This document shows, in pieces, positions 19,901-28,351 of a DNA stretch of 64,000 bases. Made by a program: the position numbers and the translations under genes. The notes under the pieces were generated by a model. It was not told the DNA's origin. It did not search any database and saw only the letters and a list, made by a program, of their open reading frames with translations. The DNA is from Opitutaceae bacterium (GTDB taxonomy: Bacteria > Verrucomicrobiota > Verrucomicrobiia > Opitutales > Coraliomargaritaceae): contig JBPOFY010000003.1 of NCBI GenBank assembly GCA_051252375.1, positions 224,001 through 288,000 on the forward strand, in the 5' to 3' direction. Every line of letters starts with the position of its first letter. The stretch's first letter is position 1.

Positions 19901-19940
19901 CACCAAACGGTTCATCAAAATCGAAGTGATTGAAGAATAG
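13938..19940 (+). CDS. Large secreted lamin-tail-domain / CotH kinase-like protein with Ig/FN3-associated domains and a C-terminal module
   Basis: Signal peptide; repeated LTD motifs (IISEFLASN..DWIEIYN; ISEIHYN..EFIEFYN; NEVLPH); IRYTVDGTEPT; CotH-like VHVYINGNYWGQY..RER and ESARWG; terminal D.DYDG..NLVEFAL...SSDLENW...KRFIKIEV. The ORF track starts it at 13896. Confidence 0.8.
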   Translation: MFSSKNKLKLGILLMSFFMYQAVFATTPPVISSFDADESVVSPGTDVTLTWVVSDADDLYLNGTLLEGVVGSSIDVSPLIATTYTLQAVNAFGSDSAALTVQVTNVPTAIGADVRFIEVVKNNTDDRLHLSEIEAFVFGATPNEADGDGTSSNNLVLTASPSTVIPPTSTGSDLNGVHTAVPADVYDGDLEAGADVWSTNDNLSSPGTYMLDLGATYTIDVVRLFGRADGSSRRGLEDFTVNVYADDGSGNPGALVNSDSYPGTAPRGDQGNAEFSFAFLEPGITSFTVSKTTIAAGEDITFSWTVSTSATDVYIDNGVGDVLPLTDAQGEGDTTLSPGPSVDTTYLLVTEYPNGTSVASITVHVTDQPLIHGFGGDAGIVAPGTAVQLSWDVVSATSVSLNGVDVSGVSSMTVNPTITTSYELVATNANGTTSEEVIVLVVNSGEPIISEFLASNGDGLIDEDVETSDWIEIYNSTTSSLNLNGYYLSDDPLLLTKWAFPSVSLAPGEYLVVFASSKDRSVAGSELHTNFNLSTGGDYLALVKPNGTTILSEFQPTYPDQKTDISYGFDEAALKFGYFQSPTPGAANSESASGFVADTSFSLDRGFYDAPIAVAITSLTPGAEIRYTVDGTEPTAVTGQSYVNPLVISETTVLRAVALKSGMIPTNVDTQTYIFTADVVTQPNMDTAITQDPTYGPQMEDALKAVPTVSLVFEGDIERTEKAISIEFINFEAGSTQVGVGMERFGNYATDFSKRSMRMTFRNQYGPGKLDFPVFDGHDYAIPPAAQFDGLELRSGNHDMSMRGAYLSNRFTDDTMLDMGNISPHGRFVHVYINGNYWGQYHLRERWNASMLSEYFGGSKADYEAVNANNSGQNFDNNDGSVFDGSGVQWEAAKTVRDEIALGNQSFPDIVDLVDIPNLIDFVMLWVSGNSESEFRAAGGVPLGVPFKFFMKDADGFLRNSSRNVLEDGPLDLLTILRTDGDADYLTLAADRIHKHFFNDGALTPAKNIERLQNRVTEIQLSFLAESARWGERTPASWQAYQDDWIDNKFPALTATMIARFKAAGMYPSIDAPVFSQHGGDVTAGFQLTMTSGVPTIYYTLNGSDPRVSATVTGTTPPLTVVTENAAKSVYIPTTTTDGFTDGQGDVWTELDYDQSGWTSGSGGVGFEDSPGDAINYASLIGLDVGGTMSNQYASCLIRIPFNLSAGSLSGRQVAELRVRYDDGYVAYLNGVEVARKNFTGTPDGLSTADDHNSDASAVNLEVVDISAHMNLFIEGGSNILSIHGMNRTAGSSDFVISADLVVGESGATGTSGAISSSAIAYSGPVQINESTLVRARVFDGSNWSALNEAFFTVNAQEPSVGDLVISEIHYNGYETGDVEFIEFYNNAAYNLIMDGVQITNGVTFLFPNNVELKVGERLVVVSDLNAFIDRYQDVASPWYHSDIQVVGVYNGSLSGSGEGVTVEDAYSVELLDFAYNDSGSWPGRPDGFGSSLELISPSAAPVTKLELDAYLDDGDSWRASREFHGSPGWEGLGPDNRVVFNEVLPHTDLPLKDSFELYNTTGSSINISGWLISDNTSTYAKFQIPNGTNIAAGGFLVYDEDDFNSGSNLIDFALNSSLGDDLYLLETDSEDNPISFVDHVRFDPSKNGESFGRWLDGDGQLYPMINRTLGQLNTSAGNGIRVGPVVVSEIHYSPLDLNQPLEFIEIFNAGTVSQSLANWRLRGEADFDFASESLAPGAVLVITSFDPITDTVSLNQFLAEYPGVSSSQLRGPWSAGATNRLNNGGAAVKLQRPDTLQVPPVGDPFYPMLIEDTVNYDNRAPWPASADGTGPSLERKQTDVYGDLASNWQANATPSPGTHNLHVFSDYETWAAANALGAGPLALRTGDIDYDGSLNLVEFALVKNPWDNTDGQPFDYGFKQLTVGLETAQYLTVDFQYRLGAGLTVGAFVSSDLENWDPLVDQYIAPIDHGNGVQSVFFRDFVDSDENTKRFIKIEVIEE

Positions 19941-19997
19941 GGACCTGATACGTTCAGATGGGAGCGGGGGAATGCCTTGGTGACTTGAGTTTTTTGA

Positions 19998-20013
19998 GTT
20001 AACATGGTAACTT
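19998..20013 (+). promoter_or_regulatory. Operator-like motif A (GTTAACATGGTAACTT)
   Basis: Second copy, ~105 bp upstream of the next LTD/CotH gene. Confidence 0.55.
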
Positions 20014-20118
20014 GCAAAGCTGTTTATACTGTGACATGCCATCATAGTTTAATTCTCTACCAGAATCCCCTCATACGACTCGTAGTTTATACCCTATTGA
20101 AGAGTCAGTGCCTGTTTT

Positions 20119-23100
20119 ATGATCCAGCCCCTAAGTTTTTCTTGTCTCCGCAGCAGTGGTGATACCTCACTGACTACTACTGTATCTTTATGGATGAAGT
20201 CTCTGTGCCTCGTCGCTCTGACGGCTAGCATGGCTTCGGCCGCGACGGTCGTCGTTGAGCCGCTAGGTGCCTGCAGCCGTAAAACCGGCTTCGTGATTAC
20301 GGAGATCATGTATGATCCATTGGGAGCTAATACCCTCGAATTTATCGAGATCTACAACTCCAATCCTTTTGAAGAAGAGATCGGTGATTATCGTCTCTCA
20401 GGTGAAGTCGATTTCACCTTTCCCGCAGGCACGATTCTGGATGGTGAATCTTATCTTATTGTCGCCAAGGATGTCACTGCCTTTCAGGCGGAATATAGCT
20501 TGCCGGTGGGTGTGCAGCTTTTTGAATATGGGGAATTGGACGGAAGCAACTCACTCAGTAGTTCTGGCACCCTCCGATTGGTCAACAGCAGTAATGGCCG
20601 TATCTTGGAGATCGACTATGACAACGATGCACCTTGGCCGGTGGCTGCCGATGGAGCCGGGCACTCGCTTGTATTGGCGCGCCCTTCTTACGGTGAAAAC
20701 GATCCTCAGTCTTGGGAAGCCAGCGATTTGGTGGGTGGCTCACCAGGCACGGGGGATACCTTTGGGGATGCGGCTTTGCGCAATGTCGTGATCAATGAGG
20801 TTCTGGCGCACACCGACGACCCTCAATTCGACACTATTGAGCTCTACAATCATTCCAACTCCAGCGTCGATATATCTGGATGCATACTTTCCGACGATGC
20901 AATCATCAACAAATTTACAATCCCTGCCAGCACCATACTTCCGGCGCGCGGCTATGTGATTTTCGATCAAAACCAGATGGGCTTCTCGCTCAACACCTCT
21001 GGTGAAACCATATACTTCCGTAACGCAGCAGGGACTCGTATGCTGGATGCGCTTAAATTTCGAGGTCAAGAAAATGGTATCTCGATCGGACGCTATCCAG
21101 ACGGCGGTCCAGAGTTTCACCGTATGGCCAGTCTCTCCCTAGGCAGTGCCAATGGCGCTCGTCGACTCGACGATGTGGTGATCAACGAAATCATGTATGA
21201 CCCGATTTCGGGGGAATCGGATGAGGAATTTATCGAACTTTATAATCGAAGTAACGGAACAGTCGATCTAAGTGGCTGGCGCCTTCGTGGTGGTATCAGC
21301 TATACCTTCCCGGACGGTGTGTCGATTTCATCAGGAGGTTATGTCGTGGTCGCACGAAATGCAGCACTGCTTCAAGCCAACTATGCGCAGTTAAATGCTT
21401 CAAATACCTTTGGTGATTTCAGTGGGGGATTGGGCAATGGTGGCGATAATGTGCGACTGGATAAGCCGGATACCGTGACAGATAATACCGATCCGCAAAA
21501 TCCGATCGTTTCCACCATTCACATTGTAGTGGATGACGTCACCTATCAAACCGGTGGACAGTGGCCGGTTTGGGCGAATGGTGGAGGTAGTAGTCTCGAG
21601 CGTGTAGATGCGCGTTCCAACCCACGTCGTCCGACCGCATGGGCGGATAGTGATGAAACCGGCAAAGCAACTTGGACGGATGTTTCTGTGACCGGACTGC
21701 TTGAGTTGGGGGGAGATTCTGCCGAACGGATTGAGGGTGGTCTACAAGGCGCAGGTGAGTGCTTGTTGGATAATGTAGAGGTGGTTTCTAGTAGCACCAA
21801 TTACGTCGACAATTCGACCTTTGACGGTGGCCTAAGCGATTGGGTTACACCTGGGGCGTATGTGCGTTCCTCGCTAAGCGGCAACGGATATAGTGGCTCT
21901 TGCCTGCATGTCCGTGGGAGCACTCGCTACGATAACGGCGCCAATCAAGTCAGTGGAAGCCTTTCCTCGACGATCGCTAATGGCAGTACCGCAACGATCA
22001 GTGCGAAAGCAAAATGGCAGAAGGGGTATCCATGGCTCTACCTACGCTTACACGGCAATTACCTTGAAGCGCCCGTTAAACTCGATGTGCCTGTAAATCT
22101 CGGCACGCCTGGCCAGGTAAACAGCCAAGCCGTCGCCAATAATGCACCTGCAATTGATGAGGTCATGCATTCCCCTGTAGTTCCAAGCGCAGGTCAAGCG
22201 GTTGTGGTGAGCGCACGTATCGAAGACCCGGATGGGGTTAATCTGCTTTCGTTATACTATCGGCTCGATCCTTCGACATCATACTCCACGGTGACAATGA
22301 ACGATAGTGGCAGTTCGGGCGATGTAATAGCAGGGGATGGTATCTATAGTGCAACAATCCCAGGACAGTCCTCGGGGGCGCTGGTCGCCTTTTTGATCGT
22401 AGCTTCGGATTCTGCTGGGTCGGTCTCCAGATTATTTCCCTCAAACACGCCGGACAATTCTGCTCGTATTAGGGAATGCCTCGTTGGCTTCGGCGATGAC
22501 ACTCGCTCCAGTAGTTTCGGCACTTATCGCATGTGGTTCACATCGGCCGCCATTACGGATTGGGAAACGCGTCTGGCTTTGAGTAACGAGCACATCGAGG
22601 GCACATTTGTCTATAACGACAATCGCGTGATCTACAACTTTGGCGCACACTATGCCGGAGGAACCTACAAGCAGGGCTATGGCTCACCTCTTAACGATTC
22701 GAATTACACCATGGACATGCCGTTGGACGACCAGTTGCTCGGCACAGATAATTTCAATAAATTACATGCCACGGGGCAGAACCCCTTCGATGATTCATTT
22801 ATGACTCGGGAGCAGGCGGTCTTCGAGGTTGCGCGGCAACTGAAGCAACCTTGGCTCTATCGCCGTTATGTGAACGTCTATATAAATGGCGTGGCTCGCA
22901 AGCAGGGCTGGTTGATGGAAGATACTCAAGTTCCAGGTAGCGAATTTATCGAGTCTTACTGGCCGAATGATGCCGACGGTGACCTTCATAAGATTTCCCA
23001 TTGGTTCGAATTTTCCGATGTGGCGACCACCACGACTGTAGAGCTCAACGACCGGCGTAAAGCTCAAGGCCAGCTTACCGCTCAATATAATGCCAATGGA

Positions 23101-26100
23101 GAGTTACATGTGCCGCGCTACCGCTGGAACTGGGCGCCGCGATCCTATGGTGAAAAAGGCAGTAATGACTTCACCTCGGTGTTTGAATTGATCGAGGCGG
23201 CGAACTCGGGAGCTGATATGACTGAGCAGATGCTTGCCGTGGCCGACATGGAAGAGTGGATGCGAGTTTGGGCTGCCCGACATGCATCGGGTGACGTGGA
23301 TAATTTCGGTCGTGATCTCGGGCAGAATTTTTACGCGTATAAACCGACAGAAGGGCGCTGGGCTTTGCTCATTTGGGATCCGGGGCACGTGTTCGGAAAT
23401 AATGCATCCTTCCTGCCAGGCCGAGGACTTTTCCCTGACCTTAAAGAGCCCAATGGTGGCGATAGCACCTGCAAAGCTGTCTTTGATAACCCCACATTCA
23501 GGCGGATGTATTTGCGCGCTTACAAGGAAATCGCCAATGGGGCTTTCAGCCCGTCGCATATGAACAACTGGCTTGAGGTGCGCTATGCTGCGTTTGTCGC
23601 AGATGGTGTCACTGCGGCAGACGATCCCGACACATCTTTTAGTCATGACGATAATAATCGGGGTGAGAACTATGATGGGTTAAATTCTCAGGGAGGAGCA
23701 CTCTCATTCACTGGCAGCTTGAAAGATTGGGTCGCAGACGCGCGTGCGGGTATTTTGACTCAAGTGGCCCAGCAAGATGTTGCTTCGTTTACTCTAACCA
23801 GTCCCACTTCGGTAACGAGCAGTGGTAATACCATTACCATCACTGGCAGTGCACCGGTTGAAATGGCTACCATGACATTCAACGGCGTGGAGTATCCGCT
23901 TACCTGGACTTCGACCACGGATTGGACGATCGATTTTGTCGTAAATGAATCACCCGTAACGATCGACCTTCAAGGCCTGGATGTTTATGGAGAAGCACTG
24001 AGTGGCATGTCCGCCACCGTAACGGTGACTGTGACAACTAGCCTAGATGCGCCCGAGGATTCTATCGTTATCAATGAGATACTCTACAATCCAACAGTCG
24101 CGGGTGATGAGTTTGTGGAACTGTATAACCGATCGACTACGACGGCCTTTGATTTGACTGGTTGGCGGGTAAATGGATTAGGGCATACATTCTCAGCCAC
24201 GATTATTGAGCCGGGCGGTATTCTGGTGATTGATAATTTTTCTGGTAAGCTCGATCTGGATGGCGAAACGCTGACGCTTTATCGTCCTGACGGCAGTGGT
24301 GGGGAAGTGGAAGTGGATCGTGTTTATTACCGAGTCGTAGATCCCTGGCCGACAACTCCTGCTGGTTCTTCATTACAACTCGCGGATTCTGCGCAAGATA
24401 ACAGACGTGTGGCTCTTTGGGCGGTCGCCGATGGCTTCGCCACACCGCCTGCTGGAGAAACCCTCGTTGATTGGGGCTCTACCTGGAAATACAATCAGAG
24501 TTCAGGAGGCTTAGACGGAACCGGATGGGAGACGGTCAGTTACGACGATACCGCGTGGTCGTCTGGGCCAGGTGCATTCGGTGAAGAAAGCGCAACGTTG
24601 CCACATTCGATTCAAACTACACTATCGGCTCCTGGGTCGGGAGGACCTATCACTACCTACTTCCGTAAGGAGATAAACTTTACAGGAGAGGCTGGCGCGT
24701 CGCTAGTGCTGACTACTATGGTAGACGATGGCTTGGTCGTATATGTTGACGGGGTGCCAATACACAGCTTAGGGCTAGCTGCGGGCACACCGACCTATAC
24801 GACTACGACGAATAGAACCATCGACAACGCTTACGAAGAATTGTCCCCCGAACTCGCGATAAGTCTGCAACCCGGAACTCATGTGATCGCAGTCGAGGTT
24901 CACCAGATCAACACTGGCAGCAGTGATCTTGTTTTTGATATGAAAGTGGAGACGGACTACTCGTCCCTATCTACGTCAGTTTCTACGCCAGGAATCGCTA
25001 ATAACGTCAGCTATCCGAATGCTGATATTCCGGCACTCTGGCTCAACGAAGTGATGCCGACTCCTGTCAGCGGATTGCCATGGGTCGAAATCCATAATTC
25101 TGGAAGCACGAGCCTTTCATTGGATGGTTATTCATTGAGTGACGATTATGGCAATCTGGATAAATGGCCAATTAGCAGCGGCATTACGATTCCTTCCGGA
25201 GGCTTTCAGCAGGTCCAATTGGGAGTCGGCACACTGACTAGCGGCAGTATCTCACTTTCTCGCGATGTCAGTGGTAGTCCTGAGTTAATTGATTATCTCA
25301 ATTATGGAACCGTGTCGGTTAATTGGAGTTACGGGAACTACCCAGATGGTGATCCGACTTCTCGCGAGGCCATGTATCAAGCTACTCCCGGCGCGGCCAA
25401 CTCCAATCAATCCGCTCCGTTGGATGCACGTATTAACGAATGGATGGCCGACAATAGCCTCACCTTAGCTGACTCAGTTGATGGTGACTTTGAAGATTGG
25501 TTTGAGATCTACAACCCCACTGGTTCACCAATTGATCTGGCAGGATTTTTCCTAACTGATGATTTGCTAGATCCTTATCAATTTGAAATTCCAAATAATG
25601 GGAAGTATGTGATTCCAGCTGGTGGTTATCTTATCGTCTGGGCAGATAATGAAGAAGTAGATAATGATGTCGATGCTACGGACTTGCACGTGAACTTCGC
25701 TTTATCGAAGTCCGGCGAAAGCATTGCTTTGGTCGCTTCAGATGGAAATATTATCAACTCGGTAACCTTTGGAGCGCAGGCGACCGATGTGAGCCAAGGA
25801 CGCATGTTTGATGGCGGTTCTGCAATCACCGTGATGACGCCATCCACGCCCGGAGCGTCAAATCAGGCGCTCAATACGGCACCGGTGCTGACAACGATTT
25901 CGGATGTCACACTCTATGCTGGTGAGACCATTGTTTTCTCGGCGCAGGCGACAGATGCTGAAAGTGCGTATCAAACGCTGACGTTCTCACTAGATTCGGG
26001 TGCACCTTCCGGAGCAACTGTCACTAGTAATGGCACCTTTTCATGGGCGTCGCCGCAAGGCGCTGCTGCGGGGCAATACTCTGCAACCATTCGCGTAACT

Positions 26101-26385
26101 GATAATGGTAGTCCAGTGTTGGATGATTCCGAAATGTTCACTCTTCATGTTGAGGCGATTCCACAAATTGATGGCGGGGTGACCATCTCAGGTGATTCGT
26201 TTGGCTTAGGTGTCGATAGCTTAATTGGTTATGACTATCAACTGCACTATAAGAATTCATTGATGGATGCGACATGGCTTCCTTCCGGAGCGGCAGTCGC
26301 TGGCACCGGAGGTCGACTCGAATGGACTGACTTGTTGGAGAATAGCCCAACACGGTTTTATAAGCTATTTATCACTCGGCAATAA
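20119..26385 (+). CDS. Large secreted lamin-tail-domain / CotH kinase-like protein with a cadherin/Ig-like domain and a C-terminal module
   Basis: Multiple LTD repeats (ITEIMY, INEVLAH, INEIMY, INEILY, INEWMA); CotH-like YVNVYING...GDVDNF...NFYAY...LIWD; NTAPVL...IRVTDNGSP; ends TRFYKLFITRQ. The start may be ATG 20194. Confidence 0.8.
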   Translation: MIQPLSFSCLRSSGDTSLTTTVSLWMKSLCLVALTASMASAATVVVEPLGACSRKTGFVITEIMYDPLGANTLEFIEIYNSNPFEEEIGDYRLSGEVDFTFPAGTILDGESYLIVAKDVTAFQAEYSLPVGVQLFEYGELDGSNSLSSSGTLRLVNSSNGRILEIDYDNDAPWPVAADGAGHSLVLARPSYGENDPQSWEASDLVGGSPGTGDTFGDAALRNVVINEVLAHTDDPQFDTIELYNHSNSSVDISGCILSDDAIINKFTIPASTILPARGYVIFDQNQMGFSLNTSGETIYFRNAAGTRMLDALKFRGQENGISIGRYPDGGPEFHRMASLSLGSANGARRLDDVVINEIMYDPISGESDEEFIELYNRSNGTVDLSGWRLRGGISYTFPDGVSISSGGYVVVARNAALLQANYAQLNASNTFGDFSGGLGNGGDNVRLDKPDTVTDNTDPQNPIVSTIHIVVDDVTYQTGGQWPVWANGGGSSLERVDARSNPRRPTAWADSDETGKATWTDVSVTGLLELGGDSAERIEGGLQGAGECLLDNVEVVSSSTNYVDNSTFDGGLSDWVTPGAYVRSSLSGNGYSGSCLHVRGSTRYDNGANQVSGSLSSTIANGSTATISAKAKWQKGYPWLYLRLHGNYLEAPVKLDVPVNLGTPGQVNSQAVANNAPAIDEVMHSPVVPSAGQAVVVSARIEDPDGVNLLSLYYRLDPSTSYSTVTMNDSGSSGDVIAGDGIYSATIPGQSSGALVAFLIVASDSAGSVSRLFPSNTPDNSARIRECLVGFGDDTRSSSFGTYRMWFTSAAITDWETRLALSNEHIEGTFVYNDNRVIYNFGAHYAGGTYKQGYGSPLNDSNYTMDMPLDDQLLGTDNFNKLHATGQNPFDDSFMTREQAVFEVARQLKQPWLYRRYVNVYINGVARKQGWLMEDTQVPGSEFIESYWPNDADGDLHKISHWFEFSDVATTTTVELNDRRKAQGQLTAQYNANGELHVPRYRWNWAPRSYGEKGSNDFTSVFELIEAANSGADMTEQMLAVADMEEWMRVWAARHASGDVDNFGRDLGQNFYAYKPTEGRWALLIWDPGHVFGNNASFLPGRGLFPDLKEPNGGDSTCKAVFDNPTFRRMYLRAYKEIANGAFSPSHMNNWLEVRYAAFVADGVTAADDPDTSFSHDDNNRGENYDGLNSQGGALSFTGSLKDWVADARAGILTQVAQQDVASFTLTSPTSVTSSGNTITITGSAPVEMATMTFNGVEYPLTWTSTTDWTIDFVVNESPVTIDLQGLDVYGEALSGMSATVTVTVTTSLDAPEDSIVINEILYNPTVAGDEFVELYNRSTTTAFDLTGWRVNGLGHTFSATIIEPGGILVIDNFSGKLDLDGETLTLYRPDGSGGEVEVDRVYYRVVDPWPTTPAGSSLQLADSAQDNRRVALWAVADGFATPPAGETLVDWGSTWKYNQSSGGLDGTGWETVSYDDTAWSSGPGAFGEESATLPHSIQTTLSAPGSGGPITTYFRKEINFTGEAGASLVLTTMVDDGLVVYVDGVPIHSLGLAAGTPTYTTTTNRTIDNAYEELSPELAISLQPGTHVIAVEVHQINTGSSDLVFDMKVETDYSSLSTSVSTPGIANNVSYPNADIPALWLNEVMPTPVSGLPWVEIHNSGSTSLSLDGYSLSDDYGNLDKWPISSGITIPSGGFQQVQLGVGTLTSGSISLSRDVSGSPELIDYLNYGTVSVNWSYGNYPDGDPTSREAMYQATPGAANSNQSAPLDARINEWMADNSLTLADSVDGDFEDWFEIYNPTGSPIDLAGFFLTDDLLDPYQFEIPNNGKYVIPAGGYLIVWADNEEVDNDVDATDLHVNFALSKSGESIALVASDGNIINSVTFGAQATDVSQGRMFDGGSAITVMTPSTPGASNQALNTAPVLTTISDVTLYAGETIVFSAQATDAESAYQTLTFSLDSGAPSGATVTSNGTFSWASPQGAAAGQYSATIRVTDNGSPVLDDSEMFTLHVEAIPQIDGGVTISGDSFGLGVDSLIGYDYQLHYKNSLMDATWLPSGAAVAGTGGRLEWTDLLENSPTRFYKLFITRQ

Positions 26386-26440
26386 TGGCGAGTTGATAGG
26401 CAGTATCAAAGATTGGTTCAAAAGAGGAATTTCAGATAAT

Positions 26441-26533
26441 GGAGGGAAACGCTCTGTCGTTTCCGCACGTATTAATTGCGCTAGGTAATTCCGAGCGCCC
26501 ATTACGAAAGGCAATGACGGAGCATTGCCCTCC
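26441..26533. repeat. REPIN-like inverted REP doublet (GGAGGG...CCCTCC type)
   Basis: GGAGGGAAACGCTCTGTCGTTTCC ... GGCAATGACGGAGCATTGCCCTCC; the right unit is identical to that at 57453-57476. Confidence 0.7.
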
Positions 26534-26611
26534 AATTTTCCCAGAATCTAAGCGAGCCTGCCCAAATGACAGCCGGGGCGTTTGTTTGCCTCTGCTGTTC
26601 TCGTTTTCAGA

Positions 26612-28090
26612 TCAATACTCGACGGCGCCGAGGTCGGTCCGACTGGAATCAATTGCCTGCTTCAATATGTCGATGCCGCCATTATCTTTGATCGTGATGC
26701 CGCTATTGATACAGGGGGATCCAAATGTTGGTTGGTAGCCTTGAAGTGCGGACATCGTTTGTAAGTTGATCCCAGTTCCTGTCTGGCCCGGACGTATGAA
26801 TTCTGGATCAGCTATTAGCGGGCTGGTGTCGGAGGGGTGGGGCTCTATATTATAGTATAGGTTGTTTCGAAAGACTGTGTTGATGCCTTTAGCATTCTTG
26901 CCCCATTTGCTCGGTTCTTCGAAATAGAAAATATTGTTTTCGAATGTTGAATTTATGGGTGTGCGCCCTTCGGCGAATACGCGAACATCCAATCCTTTAC
27001 GGATATAGTGTGTATTGTTGTAGATGTGCACGCCCTCAACTCGTTTACTTGTTTCGAACCCGTAGAAATAAAGCCCTTCTTGCTCGTTCTCGCTAATGTT
27101 GTAGCGAATCACGTAGTTCCTTCCTTGTCTTTTCATGATGCCACAAAACCACAGGTTGTCGTGGCTGTAGTTGTATTGGATGTATGTGTTGACGCAGTTG
27201 TAGTCTGCATCGAATCCACCACGGTCAACCTCGCCTTCGCCGTCCTTATTTTCGTGATCACCCACATTGCCATAGGCTTCGTTATACTGGATCTTAATGC
27301 CATCGGTATTGAAGCAGAAAATGCTGTGCCCCGTGTCTCGCCGACTGCTGTTCGCCAGCACGTTGTATTCGTAAACTGCATCCTTACTCACTCGTGCGAT
27401 GATATTGTTACGCCCAGTGTAATCCACGGTGTTTCCAGCCACATACACTCTTGTCCACAGGTATTGAGTTTCCTCTCTGTCCGGCAGGATATTCACTTCG
27501 CCGCATGAGGAATCATTACCGATGCCTACACCACCGACATTCTCTACCCGATTGTTTGTGATTCTTAAGTCATCGAAGATCGTCTTCTTGAGTTTCTTCA
27601 CGTGGATGTGAATACCGCCACGTTTTTTTCCGGCGACCATTCCATTCACGTCGTGAATGTAGCAGCCATTAATATAAATCTGGCGATAGGTGCCTTCTTT
27701 GCCGGTGGCTAGCACATAGATCCCAAACAGCTCACCCTGATCTTCATCTGTGCCATTTGTGTTGGTGATTTCCAAGCCATGAACTTGCCAGTGGGAAACA
27801 TTTTTCAGTAACAAGCCGGCAATGTGTTCTCCCTTAGCATCTATGCGCGGCAATGCTCCTTCTCCATAGTGACTGATTCGAATCGGTGCCTCTTTTGTGC
27901 CGTCCCCTGTTGGTGCCAGCATTCCGGTAAACTGGCTTCCTCGTTTGAGGTAAATTACATCCCCAGGCTGCATCTCTATCTGATTCAGCCAATCGAACTT
28001 TACTTGAGTATCTACATAGTAATCTTTCGCAAAGCACGTGACAGCACCGAGCAAAAGCCAAACTGTAGGGAGGATAACTCTAAATTTCAT
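26612..28090 (-). CDS. Secreted right-handed parallel beta-helix protein (putative carbohydrate-active; GH136-like appearance)
   Basis: Signal peptide from ATG 28090; PGDVIYLKRG, PIRISHYGEGALPRID, GFDADYNC..IQYNYSHDN, NNIFY, SPCINSG...DLGAVEY. Confidence 0.7.
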   Translation of the reverse strand: MKFRVILPTVWLLLGAVTCFAKDYYVDTQVKFDWLNQIEMQPGDVIYLKRGSQFTGMLAPTGDGTKEAPIRISHYGEGALPRIDAKGEHIAGLLLKNVSHWQVHGLEITNTNGTDEDQGELFGIYVLATGKEGTYRQIYINGCYIHDVNGMVAGKKRGGIHIHVKKLKKTIFDDLRITNNRVENVGGVGIGNDSSCGEVNILPDREETQYLWTRVYVAGNTVDYTGRNNIIARVSKDAVYEYNVLANSSRRDTGHSIFCFNTDGIKIQYNEAYGNVGDHENKDGEGEVDRGGFDADYNCVNTYIQYNYSHDNLWFCGIMKRQGRNYVIRYNISENEQEGLYFYGFETSKRVEGVHIYNNTHYIRKGLDVRVFAEGRTPINSTFENNIFYFEEPSKWGKNAKGINTVFRNNLYYNIEPHPSDTSPLIADPEFIRPGQTGTGINLQTMSALQGYQPTFGSPCINSGITIKDNGGIDILKQAIDSSRTDLGAVEY

Positions 28091-28127
28091 AAATACAGGC
28101 ATCAGATGAAATCCAACATCCCAGTAT

Positions 28128-28255
28128 AGCATTCTGCAATTAAGGTATTCAGGTAGGGTTCGATATCCTTATCGAACCGCCGATTCATAACTTCCGGCGC
28201 GTTATGGATAACGCGCCCTACCATCTCTGATAGGTCAACATTGTTGCAGGATGCT
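28128..28255. repeat. GTAG-type REPIN (28152-28222) inside an outer inverted repeat
   Basis: GGTAGGG-TTCGAT-ATCCTT-ATCGAA-CCG...CGG-CGCGTT-ATGGAT-AACGCG-CCCTACC; outer AGCATTCTGCAA / TTGCAGGATGCT. Confidence 0.7.
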
Positions 28256-28351
28256 CGAGGCACAATATTTTCAATACTTTAGTCTCCACGTAGCTGGCAC
28301 TTCGGATCGGTCATTCAAAGGTATGGATGATTCATCCGTAAAAGGATGCAA

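Noticed and set aside
26397..26563. Outer inverted-repeat shell (TAGGCAG...CTGCCCA) around the 26441 REPIN
   Set aside because: Match is too short and degenerate to call.
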